64,000 nt of DNA from Minisyncoccia bacterium (GTDB lineage: Bacteria; Patescibacteriota; Minisyncoccia; Phycocordibacterales; CAIZLB01). The position numbers and the translations under genes are program-made. This document shows, piece after piece, positions 56,393 through 64,000 of the stretch. The notes under the pieces are model-generated. The model saw only the letters and a program-made list of their open reading frames with translations, was not told where the DNA came from and ran no database searches. Position 1 is the first letter of the stretch; each line of letters starts with the position of its first letter. The stretch spans positions 70,543 through 134,542 of the forward strand of contig JBGSHK010000008.1 in NCBI GenBank assembly GCA_041752275.1, given 5' to 3'.

Positions 56393-58025
56393 TTTTTTTA
56401 CATTTGAAAACATAGTTTTAGCTTCAACTGCTTTAGTAAATTTTATATTATTTATTATAATATTTGTTAGAAGAAACAAAAGCAAAAACACTTATTTTTT
56501 TTTAGGTTTTATACTTTCTGTTATGGGTTGGGTTTTAGGAGTTTTATTTTTTAGAGTTTTAGAAGGTAAGTATTTATTACTAGTAACAAGGTTTGTTTAC
56601 TTTGCTGCAACACTTATACCTTTTTTTATAATTTTATTTACCCAAACTTTTCCTAAAAGAGATTTAGGTTTTTCAAAAAAGAAAACTATTATATTTTTAA
56701 CATTTCCCATACTATTTTTAATTCTAACATCTATACCTGGGGCTATTATCAAAGATATCAATGAAATAAATGGATATAAATCAATTATTTTTGGACCATT
56801 TTATTATTTATATTTTGTATACATAATAACTTATTTTTTGATTGGAATAATTTTGATGATAAAAAATTATTTTAAACTAAAAGGTATTGAAAGAAATCAG
56901 ATTGAAATTATATTCTTAAGTATACTAGTTTCTTCTTTCGTGGGTATGTCAACCAACTTAATTATGCCTGCATTTAATAATTTTTCTCTTTTTTGGGTTG
57001 GGCCATTTTTTAGTGGATATATGGTTTTAACAATAGGTTATGCCATGATCAAATATGGCCTGTTTAATATAAAACTTATAGCCACAGAGTTTGCAGCCCT
57101 GTCTACTTGGGTATTAATGTTTGTTAAATTGATGTTAGATGAAAGTCTAACAGATAAACTTATAGATGGTGTAGTTTTGATAATTTTAATTATAAGTGGT
57201 TTATATGTTATAAGAAGTGTTATGAAGGAAATAGAGCTTCGTGAAAAAGATGATCAACTTGTAAGTGATATGGCCGGATTGAATCAAACTCTTGAAAAAA
57301 CAAATGTAAAACTCCAAGAACTCGACCAAAAAAAGTCCGAGTTCATGTCACTTGCCACCCATCAACTCCGCGCACCCTTAACCGCCATGCGTGGATACTA
57401 CTCCATGATACAAGATGGAACTTTTGGTAAGATCAACAACCCTGAACTAGAAGATGTCATCGGTAAAATTTCACGCTCAACTACAGACCTAACCATGATA
57501 GTGGAGGACTATCTTAACATCTCACGTATAGAGCAAGGTAAAATGCAATACAATTTTGTAAGTATAGACGTTGCAGAAATAGTGCAGGATGTTGTGAAAG
57601 AGGTAACTCCAACTGTTGCACATGCGGGACTCAAACTAAATTTGGAATATGATCAAAAACAAAAATATATTGTAACTGTAGATAAAGGAAAAATTAAACA
57701 AGTTATATTTAACATAATAGATAACTCTATAAAATACACACCAAAGGGGAGTGTGGACATTTCTATCAAGAAAACAGATAGTGATAAAAAAGTTGTTATA
57801 TCCATTAAAGACACAGGTGTTGGCATAAAACCAACTGTATTACCTCAATTATTTCAAAAATTTACCCGAGCACCGGATGCATCTGAAACAAATATACTTG
57901 GTACAGGACTTGGTTTATATGTTGCAGATCAAATACTGAAGGCACATCATGGTCGAGCATGGGCCGAGTCAGAAGGTCAAGGGAAAGGGTCTCAATTTTA
58001 TATAGAATTAAACTTATTAAAATAA
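56379..58025 (+). CDS. 7TM-receptor sensor histidine kinase (paralog A).
   Basis: Seven N-terminal TM helices. Coiled coil. H-box LATHQLRAPLTAMRGY. HATPase IKDTGVGIK and GTGLGLY. Confidence 0.7.
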   Translation: MEINNFFTFENIVLASTALVNFILFIIIFVRRNKSKNTYFFLGFILSVMGWVLGVLFFRVLEGKYLLLVTRFVYFAATLIPFFIILFTQTFPKRDLGFSKKKTIIFLTFPILFLILTSIPGAIIKDINEINGYKSIIFGPFYYLYFVYIITYFLIGIILMIKNYFKLKGIERNQIEIIFLSILVSSFVGMSTNLIMPAFNNFSLFWVGPFFSGYMVLTIGYAMIKYGLFNIKLIATEFAALSTWVLMFVKLMLDESLTDKLIDGVVLIILIISGLYVIRSVMKEIELREKDDQLVSDMAGLNQTLEKTNVKLQELDQKKSEFMSLATHQLRAPLTAMRGYYSMIQDGTFGKINNPELEDVIGKISRSTTDLTMIVEDYLNISRIEQGKMQYNFVSIDVAEIVQDVVKEVTPTVAHAGLKLNLEYDQKQKYIVTVDKGKIKQVIFNIIDNSIKYTPKGSVDISIKKTDSDKKVVISIKDTGVGIKPTVLPQLFQKFTRAPDASETNILGTGLGLYVADQILKAHHGRAWAESEGQGKGSQFYIELNLLK

Positions 58026-58026
58026 T

Positions 58027-59673
58027 ATGATTTTACACGAAATAGTAACAATTGAATCAGTAGCTTTATTGTCTACAGCTTTTTTAAATATAGTACTTTT
58101 TATTATTTTAATAACAAATGATAAAAAAAACAAAAATATATATTTTTTTTCAGGATTTATATTTTCCATGTTTTTTTGGGTAGCAAACACTTTTTTATTT
58201 TATATAATAAATGATAAAGATGTTTTACTGATAAATACTCATCTAATATACCTAGCACCACCTTTTATACCTGTTTTCATGATACTTTTTGCAAAAACTT
58301 TTCCCAAAGAAAAATTAAATTTTTCAAGAAGAAAACTGGCTATTTTTCTAACCCCTGCTTTTATTGTTTCTACAATATCTTTGATACCCAATGCTGTTAT
58401 AGACGATGTTGTTATCATAAATGAATATTATAAATATATTACATATGGACCTTTATATCCTTTATATTTTATATATATAACATTTTATTTTTACATGGTT
58501 ATAGATGTAATGATTAGAAAATATTTAATACTTAAAGGTTTACAAAGAAATCAAGTTGAAACCATTTTCTTAACATTAATTATAGGTTCTTTTGTTGGTG
58601 TATTTTCAAGTTTAATCATGCCAACATATGGAAATTTTGATTTATTCTGGGTAGGATCTTTTTATAGTGGATACTTAGCCGTTGCAGCATTTTATGGAAT
58701 AATAAAATATGGTCTTTTTGACATAAAACTTGTAGCAACGGAGTTCTTAGCTTTTTCAACATGGGTATTGTTACTTATAAAAATATTTTTTAATGATAGT
58801 TTACAGAACAGAATAATAGACTCAGTAATCCTTGTAATAATAATTATATCCAGTATATTATTAATAAAAACAGTTAAAAAAGAGATAAAATTAAGAGAGA
58901 AAGATGACACATTACTAATTGATATAACCAATTTGAATGCAAGACTCGAAAACACAAACATAAAACTTAAAGAGTTAGACCAAAAAAAATCTGAATTTAT
59001 ATCATTGGCAACACATCAGCTTAGAACACCATTAACTTCGATGAAAGGATATTCTTCCATGTTACTTGATGGAACTTTTGGTAAAATAAATAATCCAGAA
59101 ATAGAGGAAGCTATAAGTAAAATACATAGATCATCTATAGATTTATCTATGATAGTTGAAGACTATTTAAACATATCACGTATAGAGCAAGGTAAAATGC
59201 AATACAATATTTCAAGTATAAATTTAATAGATTTAATAAAAAATATTTTAGAGGAATTTAAATCTACAGCAAACAGATTACATCTTAATTTAAATTTACA
59301 TTATGATAATAATTTTGATTATAAAATAAGAGCTGATGAAGGTAAAATAAAACAAGTTTTTGTAAACATTATAGACAATGCCATTAAATATACTCCAGCA
59401 GGGGATATTGATGTTTTTATAGAAAAAATAGATGCACAAAAGAAAATATTAGTTAGAATAAAAGATACAGGAATAGGTATAAAAAAAGAAGTTTTACCAA
59501 ATCTTTTTCACAAATTTGTTCGAGCGCCGGACGCATCTCGTGTTAATATACTTGGTACAGGATTAGGACTTTACGCTGCAGGGGAAATATTAAAAGCTCA
59601 CAAATCTCGCGCATGGGTAGAATCAAACGGTGAAGGACATGGGTCAACTTTTTATGTAGAGATAAATATTTAA
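58027..59673 (+). CDS. 7TM-receptor sensor histidine kinase (paralog B). Same length as A and a tandem duplicate of it.
   Basis: Architecture collinear with 56379-58025. H-box LATHQLRTPLTSMKGY. HATPase IKDTGIGIK and GTGLGLY. Confidence 0.7.
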   Translation: MILHEIVTIESVALLSTAFLNIVLFIILITNDKKNKNIYFFSGFIFSMFFWVANTFLFYIINDKDVLLINTHLIYLAPPFIPVFMILFAKTFPKEKLNFSRRKLAIFLTPAFIVSTISLIPNAVIDDVVIINEYYKYITYGPLYPLYFIYITFYFYMVIDVMIRKYLILKGLQRNQVETIFLTLIIGSFVGVFSSLIMPTYGNFDLFWVGSFYSGYLAVAAFYGIIKYGLFDIKLVATEFLAFSTWVLLLIKIFFNDSLQNRIIDSVILVIIIISSILLIKTVKKEIKLREKDDTLLIDITNLNARLENTNIKLKELDQKKSEFISLATHQLRTPLTSMKGYSSMLLDGTFGKINNPEIEEAISKIHRSSIDLSMIVEDYLNISRIEQGKMQYNISSINLIDLIKNILEEFKSTANRLHLNLNLHYDNNFDYKIRADEGKIKQVFVNIIDNAIKYTPAGDIDVFIEKIDAQKKILVRIKDTGIGIKKEVLPNLFHKFVRAPDASRVNILGTGLGLYAAGEILKAHKSRAWVESNGEGHGSTFYVEINI

Positions 59674-60479
59674 TTTAGTCTTAAAAATTGTTAAATTAAG
59701 ACTAACAGGGGAGTACGATATCATTTTTGTAAAGTTTTAATACATACATACAATGTTCTATAATGATTATGTCATGCAAACACAACAACAAGAACTGTTT
59801 TTTGATTTTTTTGGCGAATGGATTTATCAAGTTAATTTCTCAATTTAAGATTAACTAGATTCATTTCATTTAAATAAACTCATAGGTGGGGAAATATAAA
59901 CTAATAATTTATAAACCCCACCTTTTTTATTTGTCTGGGTTTATAGAGGCTACATATTCGCACCACGGGGAGTACTTCTAGTTTACTAACTCACTTTGTT
60001 CGTAAGTAAACTATGTCGCACAATATATCTTTTGCGACATTATATATTAAATATAATTATAATGCATCTAATAAATAAACCTGGCTTAGTCTACATATAT
60101 CTGTGGCCGACTTTATGTATATTTTCAATTAATCAATATGATCACTTATATCAGATATTTATATAATTTGGCTAAATTTGGAATTTTTTGATTTTTCTTA
60201 TATTTATAGATTTCACTCGATTATATAGCTTTTTTGAGGCAAAATTTGCCCGTTTAAGCACCGTTGTTTTATAAAGTGATACTTTGATACCTTTTGATTT
60301 AATCTCAAACATCCCCTATTTTACTTTTTTTCTAAAACTTGACATAAGTACTTATATGTTATAAATTATTTAGGTTAAGCATTAAAATAATAAAAAAATG
60401 ACAATATTAATTTCCATAATCTGTGTAGCTTTAGCACTTTTATTATACTGAACTCAAATTATTATTATTTGTATTAGGT

Positions 60480-60516
60480 TATGCCATGATTATAGGAATG
60501 TTAAAATCATGGCATA
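60480..60516. promoter_or_regulatory. Perfect 12-bp inverted repeat TATGCCATGATT...AATCATGGCATA with a 13-nt spacer.
   Basis: Read directly. Lies downstream of the minus-strand NRAMP gene. No T-run follows it, so it is not a classic terminator. Confidence 0.4.
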
Positions 60517-60554
60517 TAAGAAAAAAAATTTTAAATAAATAGATAAATAGTCAA

Positions 60555-60590
60555 ACACAAAAAACCTCGCAGGTAATAAATCTGCGAGGT
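60555..60590 (-). terminator. Rho-independent terminator of the NRAMP gene.
   Basis: ACCTCGCAG / CTGCGAGGT 9-bp stem. On the minus strand a T-run follows it (the A-run at 60559-60564 on the plus strand). Confidence 0.55.
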
Positions 60591-60631
60591 AAAATTTTGT
60601 CCGTTTTTTTTGAAAGTTCTATATAAACAAA

Positions 60632-61936
60632 CTATATAAACAAACTCACAATAGTCGCAATAGATGTTAGTCCCATAAGCACAGCTATAACCCAACCAAC
60701 AACATTTACAAGCTTAGAGTTTTTAAATTCTCCCATAATCTTTTCTTTACTACTTATATAAACTATACAGATAATAATCACAGGTGCTATTATACCGTTT
60801 GCTACAGCTGAATATATAAGTGCCTTGATTGGATTTATACCTAAAAAGTTTATAAGTATACCTATAACTATAGATATAATAATAACTCCATAAAAAGCCT
60901 TTGCTTCTTTTAAACGTCTATATAAACCCTCCTTCCAGTTCATACTTTCTGATATAGCGTATGCTGTTGATCCAGCTAAAACAGGTATAGAAAGTAAACC
61001 TGTGCCAATAATACCTAAGGCAAACAAAAGACTAGCAAATGGGCCACCAAATGGCTCCAGAGCTTTTGCAGCGTCTGCAGCGGTATCTATGTTAGTTATT
61101 CCTGAGGAAAACAGGGTGTTTGCTGTAACTGCTATGATAAAGAACATAACAAGGTTTGATAAAAACATTCCCGTCCAGACATCATATCTCATTTCTTTTA
61201 TCTCTGCTTTATTTGTACCTAAGCGTGATTCATCTGTAACTTTTCCCTGAGATATTTGTTCTTCAACTTCTTGAGATGTTTGCCAGAAAAATAAGTATGG
61301 TGATATAGTTGTACCCAATATACCAGTTATAAGTAAAAGTTGAGTTTTGGTAAAATCAATTTGTGGAATAAAACTGTCATGAAATATCTGTCCCCAATCC
61401 ATTTTTATAATAAAAGCTGTGGCAATGTATGAAAATAAACTTATAACTAGCCATTTTAAATATTTTGTATATTGTTTATATGGAATAAATATTTCTAAAA
61501 CTAAAATAAACAATCCTGTCGCTATAACAAGTAATGGAAAAGATAGTTGAGGGTACAAAAGTTCAACTGCTTTTGCCATAGCCCCCAGGTTGGCACCGAT
61601 GTTTAATGTGTTGGCTAAGAAAAGAAGTATTGTAGTTAAAAATAAAACTTTTTTAGAAAAAACTTTTTTTATGTTAGCGGCTAAACCTTGACCTGTAACT
61701 AAAGCTATGCGTGCACACATCTCTTGTATTGCTGCCATAAGAGGAAAAGTCCAGGCCGCCATCCAAAGCAAACCTGTGCCATATTGAGCTCCTGTTTGAG
61801 AATATGTGGCTATACCAGAAGGATCATCATCTGCTGCACCTGTTATGAGACCGGGTCCGAGTTTTTTAAAATAGTCTTCCCCTTTTTTTAAGTCTTTCTC
61901 GAGTTCTTTTTTTATTTCATCCATGATGTGAATCAT
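60632..61936 (-). CDS. mntH: NRAMP-family divalent metal (Mn/Fe) transporter.
   Basis: GPGLITGAADDDPSGIATYSQTGAQYG matches the NRAMP GPG...DPGN...AGAQFG signature. About 11 TM helices. Confidence 0.75.
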   Translation of the reverse strand: MIHIMDEIKKELEKDLKKGEDYFKKLGPGLITGAADDDPSGIATYSQTGAQYGTGLLWMAAWTFPLMAAIQEMCARIALVTGQGLAANIKKVFSKKVLFLTTILLFLANTLNIGANLGAMAKAVELLYPQLSFPLLVIATGLFILVLEIFIPYKQYTKYLKWLVISLFSYIATAFIIKMDWGQIFHDSFIPQIDFTKTQLLLITGILGTTISPYLFFWQTSQEVEEQISQGKVTDESRLGTNKAEIKEMRYDVWTGMFLSNLVMFFIIAVTANTLFSSGITNIDTAADAAKALEPFGGPFASLLFALGIIGTGLLSIPVLAGSTAYAISESMNWKEGLYRRLKEAKAFYGVIIISIVIGILINFLGINPIKALIYSAVANGIIAPVIIICIVYISSKEKIMGEFKNSKLVNVVGWVIAVLMGLTSIATIVSLFI

Positions 61937-62024
61937 TATAACCTTTTATTTATATATGTAAAAGAAAAATCGTATCAACATACACCAAGTTGTAAGAGAT
62001 ACGATTTTAAAATTACCTTTATTT

Positions 62025-62441
62025 TTAATTTTTTATTTTATTTTTTTTCTTTTTTATTCTCTTTCTGTGTATAACACGTTTTCTTATCATATTTGCTGAT
62101 CTTTCTATACCAAGAAAGTTTATCAAGGCAATATAATAGCCTGTAGATCTGAGTTTAAATCTTTTTCCAAAACTTACTTTACCTATAAAGCTTTCTACAG
62201 ACAGAATATAAAATTCCATTTTATCGTGACATTCACGACATAATGTAACTAAATCCACCTTACAATTCTCATCTTTTAGATGTACTTTTGGTATCACATG
62301 ATGCCAAGTAAGTTTGTTTTCATCACGACAATTACACTTTAAGCAAAAGTCAGTTTTCTTAAATTTGCGAACTATTATTATTTTGTGCTCCGGTTCTGGT
62401 TTAGATTCTGGTTTAGATTTTGGTTTTGATGATAGCTCCAC
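62025..62441 (-). CDS. HNH endonuclease domain protein.
   Basis: CLKCNCRDENKLTWHHVIPK...N...LCRECHDKME gives an HNH H-N-H motif plus zinc-binding Cys pairs. N-terminal KPESKPEPE repeats. Confidence 0.6.
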   Translation of the reverse strand: MELSSKPKSKPESKPEPEHKIIIVRKFKKTDFCLKCNCRDENKLTWHHVIPKVHLKDENCKVDLVTLCRECHDKMEFYILSVESFIGKVSFGKRFKLRSTGYYIALINFLGIERSANMIRKRVIHRKRIKKKKNKIKN

Positions 62442-62495
62442 AACATAAGTTCCTTTCCGTATTTAGTTATACACCCAAAACAAGAAAACTACAAA

Positions 62496-63953
62496 TTAAA
62501 AATCATCGTGGCCACTAGGTTTATTGTTTAACAATCCATATCTTATCAAAGCCTCATTTCTAGCTAGTTTATGTTCTATAATTACTGGGACAATATAGTC
62601 TTTACCTAGCCATTTATCTCTGTAAACTCTATCTCCATCATAGTTTTCAGCCTGTGTGTATGGATTAAATATGCGTATAGGTTTTGGATCAGACCCAACA
62701 GATGCAGACCATTGCCACCCACCATTGTTTGAAGCTTCATCTAAGTCGGCAAGTATTGCTCTAAAGTACTCTTGTCCCCAGCGCCAATCTATACCAAGAT
62801 TTTTGGTTAATATACTCGCCACTATCATACGAGATCTGTTATGCATTTGACCGGTGTTTGCAACTTCTCGCATAGAAGCATCGACTATGTCATATCCTGT
62901 TTTACCTTGTATCCAAAATTTAAAAAACTTTATTGCTTCTTTGTTTTCACGCCATTCTATTTTGTTTTTATATCTTTTTTGAAATTCCTCATTTAAAACT
63001 GTAGGGTTGTGATAAAGAATATATTTATAAAACTCACGCCATACAAGTTCAGATATATAAGTTTGTATACCTAGCTGATGTATATTTTCATGACAGTTTT
63101 TTATTTCTCTCAACAATATGCGTGCTGATATTAAACCCCAAGTTAAACCTATAGCCATATCAGAGTTTGTGTTTTTTAGAAAATCTCTTTTGTCTTTATA
63201 GTTTAAAAGTCCATCATTTTTTATAAATTTTTTAAAAATAGTAAGTGCCTCTTTTTCTGTTGTGTAGACATGGTCAAGTTTTGGTCTTTCAATAAGTTCG
63301 TCTAAGTCCATGATGTTTTTACCAACTTTTATAAACCTTGTATCCGGAAACTGTTTTAATATATTTTTTTCATCTGGTTTTACTAACTGAGTTTTTGGAA
63401 AAATTTTCTCTATTTCTTTTTTAGATAAATAATTTATATCTTTATTTGGATTTGATTTTGAAGTTATAGGAGAGTCGACAAATTGAGGTAAAACATTATT
63501 TTTAAAAGGAGTAAAAATACTATAATAATTTCCAGTTATAGTTTTTGTCTCTTTGTTTACAGATATTGCATCTTCATAAACATTTATTTCGAGTCCGGCT
63601 TTTTTTAGCTTTTGTATTTGTTTATAAAAGTCTGGATGAATATCATCATTGACGTGGACCTTGACATTGTAAGATTTTGATAGTTTTGTCAATACTTGAC
63701 AAGTTTTACCTTTTATAACAAAAAAATCTTCAAAGTTTTCACCATACTGTGACAATATTTTTGATAACAAAACACGGGACGTATAACTGTATTGAAACTT
63801 AGGATCGCCCTCAGTCACATAGTCTTCAAGTATAAATAAAGGTAAAAACAAGTCATTCTCTCCCCTGCTCTTTTTCAAACAGTTGTATAAAGCCGGATTG
63901 TCATCTAAGCGAAAATCTCGTCTGGACCAGTAAATGTTGAGAACCTGCATCAC
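62496..63953 (-). CDS. phrB: Deoxyribodipyrimidine photolyase / cryptochrome family.
   Basis: N-terminal WSRRDFRLDDNPAL. C-terminal TGQMHNRSRMIVASIL...DWRWG...NNGGWQWSAS FAD-binding signature. Confidence 0.85.
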   Translation of the reverse strand: MMQVLNIYWSRRDFRLDDNPALYNCLKKSRGENDLFLPLFILEDYVTEGDPKFQYSYTSRVLLSKILSQYGENFEDFFVIKGKTCQVLTKLSKSYNVKVHVNDDIHPDFYKQIQKLKKAGLEINVYEDAISVNKETKTITGNYYSIFTPFKNNVLPQFVDSPITSKSNPNKDINYLSKKEIEKIFPKTQLVKPDEKNILKQFPDTRFIKVGKNIMDLDELIERPKLDHVYTTEKEALTIFKKFIKNDGLLNYKDKRDFLKNTNSDMAIGLTWGLISARILLREIKNCHENIHQLGIQTYISELVWREFYKYILYHNPTVLNEEFQKRYKNKIEWRENKEAIKFFKFWIQGKTGYDIVDASMREVANTGQMHNRSRMIVASILTKNLGIDWRWGQEYFRAILADLDEASNNGGWQWSASVGSDPKPIRIFNPYTQAENYDGDRVYRDKWLGKDYIVPVIIEHKLARNEALIRYGLLNNKPSGHDDF

Positions 63954-64000
63954 TATGCTTTTGGTTTAACTTGTTTTGGTTTTTTTATTTGTTTATTTTT

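Noticed and set aside
1-64000. CRISPR array or cas genes
   Set aside because: No series of regularly spaced near-identical direct repeats anywhere. The only periodic DNA repeats, about 125-bp units at 34.5-35.2 kb, are in frame and encode protein repeats. No Cas-like ORFs.

Overview
This 64-kb window looks like an AT-rich bacterial chromosome segment with mosaic composition. Translation and housekeeping genes (about 38-50% GC) alternate with very AT-rich accessory blocks (about 20-28% GC). Several proteins are in reduced form: AspRS without the GAD insertion, a 760-aa SMC, a 362-aa S1, and a PriA-like protein without helicase motifs. This fits a streamlined, possibly CPR/Patescibacteria-like organism, but that is inference only.

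The left edge (1-3520) is the end of an integrative element. It carries a large serine recombinase whose stop codon lies inside the 3' end of an antisense tRNA-Asn(GTT).

Genes I can assign: RNase R, a HisRS-like protein, signal peptidase I, Pth, S1, L27, Fmt, Def, a PriA-like protein, AspRS, TyrRS, GluRS, HtpX, a cyclophilin PPIase, an M16 peptidase, a P-type ATPase, an ABC-F ATPase, an ABC exporter, an NRAMP transporter, a photolyase and tRNA-Ser(GGA).

Accessory content worth a second look:
- a beta-mannoside phosphorolysis module: cupin PMI, HAD-type PMM and two genes that each encode tandem GH130 domains
- a kinase + cytidylyltransferase + histidine phosphatase module that looks like a CDP-alcohol or phospho-alcohol decoration pathway
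- an AAR-like reductase co-transcribed with two tandem paralogous 7TM sensor kinases. The window holds three sensor kinases and no response regulator.
- a solitary MazF/PemK-like toxin
- a PEP-CTERM-tailed secreted protein
- an Rpf/lysozyme-like secreted protein with no in-frame ATG in front of its apparent signal peptide
- a propeller-repeat surface protein with a peptidoglycan-binding domain
- several long structured non-coding stretches

I found no CRISPR array and no rRNA.
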